Origin: Eledone cirrhosa
Lineage: Eukaryota
Direction of reading: 5' to 3'
DNA length: 64,000 nucleotides
Assembly: GCA_964016885.1 (NCBI GenBank)
Contig: OZ024743.1
Location: forward strand, 251,720,001 to 251,784,000
Shown here: piece by piece, positions 39,645-50,794 of the stretch
Position numbering within the stretch: the stretch's first letter is position 1
Layout of the letters: each line of letters starts with the position of its first letter
Notes under the pieces: generated by a model
The model's database searches: none
What the model saw: only the letters and a program-made list of their open reading frames with translations
What the model was told of the DNA's origin: nothing
Program-made: the position numbers and the translations under genes

Positions 39645-42600
39645 ATCATCATCATCGTATAACGTCTATCTTCCATGCTAGCATGGGTTAGACTGGAAAT
39701 GTCTCACTTGAGGCAAGATTGGTTGGGTGACCGTGTCTCACTCAAATAGGAATATTTGCCAGGTTTTCTACGGTTGGATGCCCTTCCTAATACCAACCAC
39801 ATTAACAGTGTCGACTGGGAGCTTTTTACTGTGTTAGCTACACGACTACATTACAGTGTGGACTGTGTGTTTTTTATCGTGACACCTACACAACCTCATT
39901 AGTTTGGACTGGATGTTGTGGTACCAACATAACTTTACAGAGAAAGGGTGGTGTTGGTGGGAATGGGAGGGTGGAGTAGGGGTAGTGGGATGGGGTGTAT
40001 ATTTGGTTAAGAGGTGCCTACAGACTGGAGTTTTCACTTTGTACAAAGGCAAGGCGGGTCTTCTGTATTACTGCATGGTGCCAAAGATCTCGGTCCAGTG
40101 ATATTGTCTTAGAGAGGTGCAAGTGTCTAAGGTAGGAATTTATCAAATCGTCCCAGGTTTTTCTGCGTCTACCTACTCAGTAACTACCATCAATTTTGAT
40201 CGCCCTGCACTTTTTTATACAGATGTCATCTTTCATGCGCATCACGTGACCATACGAATGTAGTTCTCTCTCAAGTAAACAGCATCAGATCCCTCTTATT
40301 CCTAATTCCTCACTTAGTTCATTTATGTTTTGCCATTTGTGTATATTACTATTACCCATCCAACAGAGCATGCATGCTTCGTTCCTTTCCAGTCTATGTA
40401 GGTCCTCTGCACACAATGCCCATATCTCACTGCCATTGCTGTTCATATACAGGTATCATACAATCTGCCTTTCATTTTTAGAGAGAAAACTTTGTGGCCA
40501 ACAGCGGTATAAGCTCTCTGAACTTTTTCCATCCCGTTCTAACTCTAGCTACTGTACTTTCAGAGCACCCTCCACCACTGCTTATTTTGTCACCCAGGTA
40601 AGTGTCCACTATTTCTATAGAACTATCTGGGCAATAGAAGGAGCTAGTATCCTGTGGGCACTTGCTATTCATTGCACCTGAGCATCGGCCACATATAAAA
40701 TCTACTTTTTAGATAGCTTACCTGTGATCCCACTACATCTTTTGTGTACCCATAGTTTGCATTTGGGACATAAAATGGAATTTCTACCTACTCCTTTCCT
40801 ACACACTGAGCATGGTCATTTCCCAGAGGGCACCTGTGCCCTATTTTCCATTCTACATACTAGAACTTTAGTCTTAGACAAGTTAACTTTTAGGCCTTTG
40901 ATTCTAGGCCATGCTTCCATGTTTGGAATTTCTTCTCTAGTTCAGCCATAGATTCAGCTATGAGAGTTAGATCATCTGCATATAGAAGTTCCCATGGGCA
41001 GCCGGTCTTAAACTCTGCTGTTATAGCCTGAAGGGCAATAATAAATAGGAGGGGCCTAAGGACAGAGCCCTGATGAACACCAAATTTTATGCTAAACTCT
41101 TCACTATATTCATTGTTAATTCTAACCCTGGTGACTGTTTCTTTATACATGGCTTTTATAGCTCTCACAAGCTATTCATCTACACCTAGTTTTCTAAGAG
41201 CCCACCCGATAACAGAGCGGGGAGGGGGGCGGACTCTGTCAAAGGCTTTCTCCAAGTCAACAAAAGCTAAGTAGAGGGGTTTCCCCTGTAGTTGTCATAC
41301 AAGGAAAAGAGCGTCTGTGGTACTTTTACCAGACACAAACCCAAACTGCATTTCATCTAGATCAATTCGATCTCTGATTAGTTGTGCTATAACTCTTTCT
41401 GTGACCTTCATGACCTGGTCTACTAACTTAATGCCTCTATAGTTTCCCCTATCTAGAGTATCTCTATTTACGCTTGTAGCAGTTAATGATGATGCTGCTA
41501 CGCCAGTCATTTGGTATGACCCATTCTGTATTACTTGGTTTACTATCCGAGTGATCATAGTATGTCCCACCATTTCAGATGCTTTCAACATCTCAGCAAC
41601 TATCTCCGAATGCCCAGCTGCCTTGCTTGTCTTCATATCTTTGATAGCCTTACTTATTATAATACCTTTAACTTGCACTGCTGGTCCTTCTATTGGATCG
41701 ATTTGAGGCAGACTATCTTTTTCACATTTATTCTTATCATTTAGAAGTCTCTCGTAGTGAATCTTCCAAGCTACCTTCTTATCAGTATCAGTGATGTCAA
41801 GTACATCATCATCATTATGGACACACTTCCCCCCGACAATATCACAATTATTTTTTACACATTGTCTGACAATCCTGAACACCTCACGTTTTTGGTCCTC
41901 GCGTTGTAGAACATGCTTGAACTTTCTTTCCTCTGCTTCCCTTCTTGCCAAGTACACTTGTCTCTTAGCTTCTCTCTTAGCCACTTGATAGTCTTCTCCT
42001 CTTCCCCCATCCCGCCATACTTTCCAAGCCTGCTTCTTGGCCTTGATTGTCTCCTCCACCTTACTATTCCACCACCAAGTTACTCTCCTCCTGCCTATAG
42101 GTCTGCTCCAGCCACAGATTTCATCTGTCGCCTTCAGCATGTTAACTTTCAAGAATTCCCACTGTTCCTCTATATTGTACATCTCTAATTGCTCTTCCTT
42201 ACTGTCAAAAGCATCAAGTAATATGCTTTTAAATTTGTTACTGGCTGTGGGGTCCTTCAGCTTCCATATTCTTCTCCTCAGGGTAGTCCTCCTTTGTCGC
42301 TGAGTACATCTAGTCCTGACTATGAGGTTGCTAACTATGAGGCTATGTTGGGAGGTGCATTCTTCATGGGAAAGGGGTTTAGTGTTTACAACAGACACTA
42401 TCACGTCTTCTAGTAAGGATATAATCTATCTAGCTAGCGCGTTCCCCTGATCTATAGGCGATCAAGTGATTGTCTTGTTTTTTGAAGTTTGTGTTACAGA
42501 TAGATTTCTTTATTTGACACAGATAGGTTATTAGCATCACAGAATTTCAGAATTCTGAAGCCTTCCTCATTTCTAGAACCAAACTAATAGCCATCACAAT

Positions 42601-43258
42601 GTTGATTCCATCATAGCCATTACAATGTTGTCCAACATGACCATTTAGGTCACCAGCAATAATTATGCAGTCACTGTCGGTTATTTGGGAGGTAGTGAGC
42701 ATTAGTAGCTCATAGAACCTATTTTTTATAAAGTCAGGTAGGCCAGATTGAGGTGCATAAGCAGATATTATTGTCACAGTAGTTCTATTTAGGACTAGCC
42801 TTATTTTAATTATTCTGTCGTTCACTCTATTTACTGCAATTACCTTATCTACCCATTTTTCTGCTAAAATAATTCCTACTCCACCCAGCCCATTGTCATT
42901 TCCAACCCAGAATAGTTTATAGCATCGTTTTTTATTCACAGTGAATATAGCAGACCCACCCCTCCACCTAGTCTCTTGAACACAACAAACATCAACTTCC
43001 TTACGTTCAAGCATCTCCACAACCTTGTTTGAGCGACCTTTCAAAGCACCTACATTCATGGTACCAACTCTGAAGTTTTGGATTTCGTTGGGTGGGTTGT
43101 AGGCACAGGGAGGGGTGTGGGAGATGGAATTATGTTGGCCAGCCATGTCTGAAATAAGTAGAAGTCCTTGCATTCTCGTCTGGCAGCAGGAGATGAATTT
43201 ATCTTTATCTTTGACATTGTCATTGAGTGTTCATATTGTTCAGACTCTCAAAATTCTG
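39645..43258 (-). mobile_element. Near full-length decayed RTE of the same family, convergent with the intact copy
   Basis: (ATC)n tail at 39645-39656. ORF fragments 42547-43173 (EN), 41295-42404, 40890-41168 (YADD) and 40478-40672 are collinear with the intact ORF but broken by frameshifts and stops. Confidence 0.93.
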
Positions 43259-43448
43259 TATATGCAGACATGATGAAGTAAACAGAATAAAGCCAGAAAG
43301 AGGGGGAGAAGGAGGAGGAGACACATAGTAGAATAACTCTGTGATGAAAGAGGTTTGACAAAATAACAATAAATCTGAAATGAATGTTAAATAGTGCATG
43401 TGTTTTATATTGCTGAAATTATCAAAATTAACATCCTCAAATATTACT

Positions 43449-43503
43449 ATCATCATCATCATCATCGCCGTTTTACATCCGTTCTTCCACGCTAACATGG
43501 GTT
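43449..43503 (-). mobile_element. Extreme 3' end (~55 bp) of an RTE or RTE-tailed SINE
   Basis: The reverse complement reads AACCCATGTTAGCGTGGAAGAACGGATGTAAAACGGC(GAT)n, matching the tails at 53070-53126 and 57220-57275. Confidence 0.75.
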
Positions 43504-43577
43504 CGGGACTATATATATATGTATATATATAATCAAGAAAAAGTTTTAAAATAAATAAAAAAGTTTTAAAATAAATA

Positions 43578-43620
<43 letters not shown>

Positions 43621-43623
<3 letters not shown>

Positions 43624-43843
43624 ATAATAATAAATTTGAAGACTAAAATCCAAAGAGGGCTCGATAAGGATAAATATATATCAAATATATAAGAACCGTA
43701 GAGCAAATATTTATTAAAATAACAGATTAAAGTTTAAGCAAAGAATCGCTGCTTTCACCCTTAACGGGATCTTCTTAAACTCAGAAGATCCTGTTAAGGA
43801 TGAAAGCAGCGATTCTTTGCTTAAACTTTAATCTGTTATTTTA

Positions 43844-43851
<8 letters not shown>
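43621..43851. repeat. AT-rich element with a 69-bp-arm inverted repeat (copy 1), possibly a Penelope-like remnant
   Basis: Arms 43707-43775 and 43783-43851 have 2 mismatches and a 7-nt loop. (AT)n lies on both sides. A homologous copy is at 44951-45186. The family assignment is inference. Confidence 0.8.
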
Positions 43852-43875
<24 letters not shown>

Positions 43876-43879
<4 letters not shown>

Positions 43880-44848
43880 TCATCATCATCATTTTTCGTC
43901 CGCTTTTCCCTGCTTGCAAGGGTTGGACGGGTCCTATTCAGCACAGCATCTCTCCACTTGTCACAGTCCTTCGTCATCTCCTCCGTGAGTTTCAGCAATC
44001 TGAGGTCTGCTCTCACCACCTCCACCCATGTTTTTCGTGGTCTACCTCTACTGCGTCTTCCTTCTACTGGGATTTCTTGGCATTTCTTTACCCAGCGGTC
44101 ATCCTCCATGTGCATCACATGTTCATACCATCTCAGCCTTCTCTCCTGCACACCACAACTTATCCCTCTTATACCTAGTTTCTTTCTCAACTCGTCTATG
44201 CTTGGTCATTCATGCACATTGGCATTGCACATCCAACGGAGCATATTTGCTTCATTTCTCTCCAGCCGTCGCATATCTTCTGCAGTTGCTTCCCATGTCT
44301 CACTACCATGCAGCATTGCACATCTCACACAGGCATCATATAACCGTCCTTTCGTACGCAGGGAGAAACGCTTCTTAGTCAACAGAGGAAGCAGCTCCCT
44401 AAACTTCTTCCAACTCGTCCTTATTCTAGATACTATTGCCTCAGAACACCCCCATCCCATGCTAATCTGATGACCTAGGTATCAGAAGCTATCAACCACT
44501 TCTATAGAACCCACCTGTATAGGAAAAATGTGTGTACCACTGCAATTACTACTGCCAACTTTCCCTGTATATCTACTGCATACGTAGTTTTCCCTACCTG
44601 TTAGTTTGCCTGCTATCCCACTACATCTCTTGTGTACCCAAGATCTGCATTGTGTACATTTTATGGAATTTATGCCAGCTCCTTTCCTACATATCGAACA
44701 TGGCCATTTCCCTGATGGAATCAGAGTTTTTTCCTCTCTTCTACTTTTGTCTTAGCTATGTTCACTCTCAGTCTTCTTGATTCCAACTGCTGTTTCCATA
44801 GCCAGAATTTATTCTCTAGCTCCTCTACTGATTCTGCTATAAGAACCA
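43876..44848 (-). mobile_element. 5'-truncated RTE of a second subfamily, with the ORF running into the tail and no long 3' UTR
   Basis: Fragments VLIAESVEELE, GRLYDACVRCAMLHGSETW and ERRLRWYEHV...GRPRKTW...RTRPTLASREKRTKNDDDD. (ATC)n tail at 43876-43890. Decayed finger region at about 44560-44720. Confidence 0.88.
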
Positions 44849-44877
44849 TATGTATGTGTGTGTATATATATATATAT

Positions 44878-44950
<73 letters not shown>

Positions 44951-44953
<3 letters not shown>

Positions 44954-45186
44954 ATAATAATAATTTGAAGACTAAAATCCAAAGAGGGCTCGATAAGGAT
45001 AAATATATATCAAATATATAAGAACCGTAAAGCAAATATTTATTAAAATAACAGATTAAAGTTTAAGCAGAAGTGAATATTTCACTTCTGCGTTCACAGA
45101 TTGACTTTGTTAGTTTCAGAAGATCCCGTTAAGGGTGAAAGCAGCAATTCTTTGCTTAAACTTTAATCTGTTATTTTAATAAATAT
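44951..45186. repeat. Copy 2 of the palindromic AT-rich element
   Basis: The first ~120 bp are almost identical to 43621-43740. Arms 45036-45069 and 45153-45186 are inverted. An internal perfect hairpin GCAGAAGTGAA-TAT-TTCACTTCTGC lies at 45067-45091. Confidence 0.8.
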
Positions 45187-45229
45187 ATATATATATATAT
45201 GTGTGCGTGTATTTATGTATGTATGTGTT

Positions 45230-45295
<66 letters not shown>

Positions 45296-45431
45296 TATAT
45301 ATGTATATATATACAGAAGTGGGTACAGCAACGGCTGTGGTAAAGTAAAGAATTTTCATGAAGTTATACAGATGGCAGCAGAATGTTTATAGAATTGTTG
45401 ACATCAAGATTGACATTGGTTTAAACTGAAT

Positions 45432-45467
<36 letters not shown>

Positions 45468-45660
45468 CACTCACTCTCTCTCTATCTATCTCTCTCCCCT
45501 TCAGTTCCTCTCTTATCCTCCCTCACATCCTTTCTCTCCTTCCCTGACTGTCATCCACACACATATATTCCCTCTCTCTATCTCCTTCCCTCAACTTCCC
45601 TCTCCTGTTACCATAACACCATCATAAGTTTACATGTTTTCCATGATTCCACTCAGTTCT

Positions 45661-45840
45661 AACAACAACAACAATAATAATAATGGTTTCCCATTTATGC
45701 AAATGGCCAGCAATATGAGAGCAGAAGGAAGTCAATTAAATTGATCCCATAAGGATGAAAGGTAAACCTGAGCTTGCAGGGATTTAAAATCAAAATTTAA
45801 AGAGCTATAACTGAATGGCATAAAGACTTTCGTCTAAAAC
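45661..45840 (-). mobile_element. Degenerate SINE-like remnant
   Basis: An (AAC)n(AAT)n tail-like run is followed by TTGATCCC.TAAGGATGAAAGGTAAACCTGAGCTTGCAGGGATTTAAAATC. This resembles, from memory, the reverse strand of an abundant octopus tRNA-derived SINE. Needs a Repbase/Dfam check. Confidence 0.45.
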
Positions 45841-46102
45841 TCTCATGAAAATGTACACCAAACAATATATTATACCACAACACCAGTTGATGAAATAGCA
45901 CAACCCACATACCATATACTTTACATGATCACCAGCTAAAATAATGACACAACCCACATAACACAAACTCTTTCATAATGAACCTAAAAAATAACATAGC
46001 CCCAACAACACAACATTTTCATAATCAGCACATGATACTATAATGCCAAAAACTCTGATTCTACACATTTGTTAGCCATTAATAAACACAAGCCACACAA
46101 CA

Positions 46103-46770
46103 CATCATCATCATCATCATTACAGTTTAGCGTTCATTTTTCCATTCTTGCATAGGTTAGATAGGTTGTCCATGTCGGGAGACAAGTCTGGCCAGAATTG
46201 GCCATGCCATACCTTGCTCCAACAAGGACTGTAAATTTGGCCAGGGATTTTACAGCTGGATGCCCTTCTTAACACCAACCACATTTACAGTGTGGAACTG
46301 GATGGCACCCTTTAGAGGAGGGACAGGCCAGTTGACCACACTGAACCCATTTCACAGCATAACCATAGATTTGGAACCTGGTACTGGATTGCACTGATAT
46401 CAGGAGGGACAGGTCATTTGGCCACGCTGAACCCATCTCACAGTGGAACTATAGTTTTGGAGCCCTGTACTAAATGGTCCTGTTAAGAGGAAGGACTGGC
46501 CTATTGGCCACACTGAACCTATCTCACAGCAGAACCATAGATTTAGAGACTGGTACTGGATTGCACTGATATGAAGATGGACAGGTCAGTTGGCTGCACT
46601 GAACCCTTCACACAGTGGAACCTCAGTCCAGAAGCCTGGGACTGGGTGGTGTTGCTAATGAGGAGAGACAAGCCAGTTGGGCACACTGAATGCTCCTCAT
46701 AGCAGAGCCACAGTTCCGTTGGCCGTGCCGAATCCTTCATACAGCAGACCCTCAGTTCAGGTGCCACAAG
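46103..46770 (-). mobile_element. Non-coding element with an RTE-type 3' module and tail, joined to an 86-bp tandem repeat
   Basis: (CAT)n tail from 46103. CAGCTGGATGCCCTTCTTAACACCAACCACATTTACAGTGTG (~46253-46294) is the reverse complement of the RTE 3' UTR motif. Repeat units start at 46315, 46401, 46487, 46573 and 46660. Confidence 0.7.
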
Positions 46771-47298
46771 GCACCACTAAGAGGAGACACTTGCAAAACG
46801 AAAAATAAAAACATTAAAATAACACAAGAAATAGACTAAGAAACCACACAACCAAACTAAACCAAAATGCAATTCTACATCCACCTTCCTCCCAACTACT
46901 CCATGTAAAAAAGACAAAATGAAAACGAAAACAACATTGCACACATGCACAGCCCACAATACACTGAAGTGAACTTGTCATTGCAGCAAGAACTTACATG
47001 ATACTTTTGAGAATAGTGTTGAGATATGAATTTAAGTTATGACGGAAAGTAGCAGAGGAAATTGTTTAAGCGGAAAACTAATAACAGGAAACTGTGTATA
47101 TATACCATAGAATTGAAACTGAGTGTATATAGAGTACAGGAGGAAACAGAATGTATATAGAATATAATTGAAATTTGTGGTGGGTGGAGAACTGATTAGT
47201 GTGAATTAACAGGAAACTGATATATACATGTGTATATAGCCAGATTTCTGTTATGTCAATGTATATATGTATATATATATACACATGAATATATATAG

Positions 47299-47558
47299 CT
47301 GGTTTTCTGCTATGTGGAAGTATATATACATGTGTACGTAGCCAGGTTTCTTTGTGTCTGTTTATGTGTAGTCATGTGTGTGTGTGTGTGTGTATGGGGG
47401 AGGGGTAAGTTTACATATGTGTATGTAACTGGTTTTCTGCTATATGGAAGTATGTATACATGTGTACGTAGCCAGGTTTCTTTGCGTCTGTTTATGTGTA
47501 GGTATGTGTGTGTGTGTGTGTGTGTGTGTGTCTGGATGGGGGGCAAGTTTGTATATGT
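47299..47558. repeat. 130-bp tandem duplication containing (TG)n
   Basis: CTGGTTTTCTGCTAT.TGGAAGTAT.TATACATGTGTACGTAGCCAGGTTTCTTTG occurs at 47299 and 47429. Confidence 0.85.
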
Positions 47559-47599
47559 GCCACACTCTAAACTAAATAAACGGAGAGAGATATTGGTGT

Positions 47600-47729
47600 T
47601 GGTACTAGTGTGTGTGTGTGTGTGTAGTGTCTGTGGAGCAAAGATTGGAACACCATACACAGATATATATACATATATTTATACACACACACATTATATA
47701 TATATATACATAGATACACACACGCACAG

Positions 47730-47770
<41 letters not shown>

Positions 47771-47880
47771 ATATATATATATATATATACACATACACAT
47801 TTTTATATATATATATAAATATATATATATATACACATACACATTTATATATATATATACACACAACAATACATACATAC
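47600..47880. repeat. Compound (TG)/(AT)/(AC) microsatellite
   Basis: Direct inspection. Confidence 0.9.
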
Positions 47881-48034
47881 GAATAGGATATTTCAGAAGA
47901 CTTTGTGGGGAAACCATACTGTTGATTCCATTTTAACTTCCTTCCCTTTTTCCATCAGTCAATCAATCACCGTTTCATCAAGTCCTTGGTATTGGTAGAT
48001 GAAACATGGTACATCTCTTGTGTAGATATACAAT

Positions 48035-48630
48035 GGTAGAGTATAGTGGTGGTAGTTGCAGGGATGGTGTTGGGGCTGGTAGCCATGATGGTGATGATGA
48101 TGGTCGTGGTGATGGTGGCAGTGATTGGGGCTGTGATTGTAGTGGTGATGGTGATAATGAGGGTAGTGGTGGTGATGGTGGCAGTAATAGTGATTGGGGT
48201 GATGATGTTTGCAGTGGTGTAATGGTGATGATGTTGGTAGTGGTGATGGTTGTGGTGATGGGGGCAATGATGGCGATGGGGGTGATGAGGTTGGCAGTGA
48301 TGTGATGGTGATGATGATGGTAGTGGTGATGGTGGTGGTGGCATTAATGACGATGGGGTGATGATGTTGGCAGTGATGTGATGGTGATGATGATGGTAGT
48401 GGTGATGGTGGTGGTGATGGTGGCAGTAATGGCGATGGGGTGATGATGTTGGCAGTGATGGCGATGGGGGTGATGGTGGTGGCAGTGATGTGATGGTGAT
48501 GATGATGGTAGTGTTGATGGGGTTGATGATGGTGACAGTGTTGGTGATGGCGGTGATGATGGTAGTGGTGATGGACTTAAAGATTGTAGCAGTAATGGTG
48601 ATGGTAGGGATGTGAGATGGTAACAGTGAA
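48035..48630. repeat. GGT/GAT trinucleotide low-complexity tract
   Basis: Degenerate (GGTGAT)n with local ~60-70-bp duplications around 48275-48510. Confidence 0.9.
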
Positions 48631-48962
48631 AATCAGTGAAGATAATGCATTTCCATTTGTATCAACAGATTTGTTTATTGAAACTCTTTAAATAATTTTC
48701 TAAATTGAAGTCTTTATTACACACAAACACACACACATGAACACACAAATAGATACTTGCAAAGATACACCCAAACACACATATATGAATATATGAACAC
48801 ACACAGAGTGAGTCACACAGACACACACTATGGGACACACACATACCATACTCACACAAACACATAAACACACACACATACAATGAACATTGGGACATAC
48901 ATGCAGCACTCACACATACACATTTTAGTTGGACTTCTGTTTCTAATGAAAAGTATTTCAGT

Positions 48963-49523
48963 TACTATATATATATATTCAAATATAAGCTGATCTGAAT
49001 ATAAGCCAGCTCCCTATTTTATGTCTGAGAAATAAGCAAAAAATCTAAACCCCATTTATAAGTTGGCGCATGTAATCAAAAAAATTTTGATTAGATGGTG
49101 CAGTTTTGAAATTCACGCCAGTGGAGAATATATTTATGAAGGTTTAATATTTTGATATTTAAAATGTTTTAAGTGTTGTTAAGAGTATAGTTTTTGTTTC
49201 ACAACTCCATTACATAATGATTTATGCCCAATTTCTGATCGTTTTGAAGGCCATATTTATTCAAAATATATAAAAAATAATAGGAAATACTAATTTCACT
49301 TCCAAAGGGAAACTGGTGCGATATTCACCTCCAAAGTGAAACTAGTATAATATTCACCTCAGTGAAAGTGGTATAATATACACCTCTAAAAGTAAACATG
49401 TAATAAACAACTTCAAAGAGAAAATATTTTAGCACCTCATTTATGTAAAATTTTTAAGTTAGTAAAAATCAACAAAATATTTTTGTCACATATTTCTCAG
49501 CTTATATATGAGTATATACGGTA
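48963..49523. mobile_element. Non-autonomous Tc1/mariner-superfamily (pogo/Tigger-like) MITE, ~560 bp
   Basis: Left end TACTATATATATATATTCAAATATAAGCTGA versus the reverse complement of the right end TACCGTATATACTCATATATAAGCTGA. TA lies at both termini, and there is a doubled TATAAGC sub-terminal motif. Internal ~29-bp repeats occur at ~49290-49395. Confidence 0.7.
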
Positions 49524-49524
49524 A

Positions 49525-49792
49525 TTCAATCAACAGAACTGCTTGTTCATGAAATTGTTGTGTAAATAGCTGATCATTCCACAGACATGTGCACCAATAA
49601 TATATTTCTTGGGGAGGCACAGCATAATACAGAGTATGTGGCAAGTCTGACCATTTGAATTACAGGTACAACTCATTTTTACAAGCTGAGTGAACTAGAG
49701 CAAAATGAAATAAAGTTTCTTGCTCAAGGACAAACATACCACTTGCTCCAAGAATCAAACACATGAGCTGAACATCCTAACCACTAAGCCAC
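49525..49792 (-). mobile_element. Degenerate tRNA-derived SINE with a CORE-like body
   Basis: The minus strand starts GTGGCTTAGTGGTTAGG (A-box), then a decayed B-box GTTTGATTC, then TGTCCTTGAGCAAGAAACTT, a CORE-like motif. Confidence 0.7.
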
Positions 49793-50299
49793 CCATTTTC
49801 CATATATACACACACTCACACACACACACAGAGGGACACACACAAACATACACACACACAAATCACACATGCACACACACACACACACACAACATTCACA
49901 TGTCCACACATTCACACAACGGTCACACATGAACACACTCACTTGTGCAAATGTATATGTACATGCTGATAACATAGCTGGTGAGGTTAAGGTGATGATC
50001 AAGAGACCTCATCACATAGCAATAGGTTGAAAGATTACTTTAAAACAGCAACTCTCAACCTTTTATGACCCACGACACACTCAAACTTTTACAGTGCACT
50101 TTCAGCAATTTAACAAATTTCATGATGTGAATATAGAAAAAAATAAAACCAGAATTAAAATTGCTTTAAAATGGAAATTGGTGCATGTATTACACTTTGC
50201 TGCATTGGAATATGCACACATCATTTGCTGTGTATTAAACACATATTCAAGGCTTCTAAGCAGCCTGGTATATTTTTACTTGTTTTAGACTATATATGG

Positions 50300-50450
50300 C
50301 ACAAAAGTGCATGATGGAAAAAAGCACACCATAACACAAAAGTACACCATAACACAAAAATGTACCATAACACAAAAGCGTACCATAACACAAAAGTGCA
50401 TCATGGCACAAAAGTACATCATGGCACAAAAGTCTGCCATGACAGAAAAG
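50300..50450. repeat. 18-bp minisatellite (~8 units, CACAAAAGTRCAYCATRR)
   Basis: CACAAAAGTACACCATAA / CACAAAAGTGCATCATGG units in tandem. Confidence 0.85.
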
Positions 50451-50794
50451 TGTTGTGGGGTTATCGCTGGTATGCCAGAAGTAACAAGGGGAGTGCCATC
50501 ATGTTAGTGGAAGGGCGAAACAATGGTATCTCATTCTTTGTGAGGATTTGTAGTTAGCAGACATGAGGCTAAGAGCTACTGCTAAACCCAGAATCTCTAA
50601 TCAGAAATACCATGTTTCCCATTAGCTTGTAGGCAAATATCTGTTAACTACATATCCTTATGAAGAATGAGGCCCTCTTAGTTTGCCCTTCTGCTAATGT
50701 TACATCATTCCTGTTCATTTTGGCATACTGCCCATCACCTCACAACACATGCCATCTGCTTAGGGTCATATTGTGCTGAGACACATCAATTCCT

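Noticed and set aside
44721-50002. ORFs rich in YI, HT, CV, poly-His/Thr or Gly/Asp
   Set aside because: They are translations of (AT)n, (AC)n and (GGT/GAT)n tracts.
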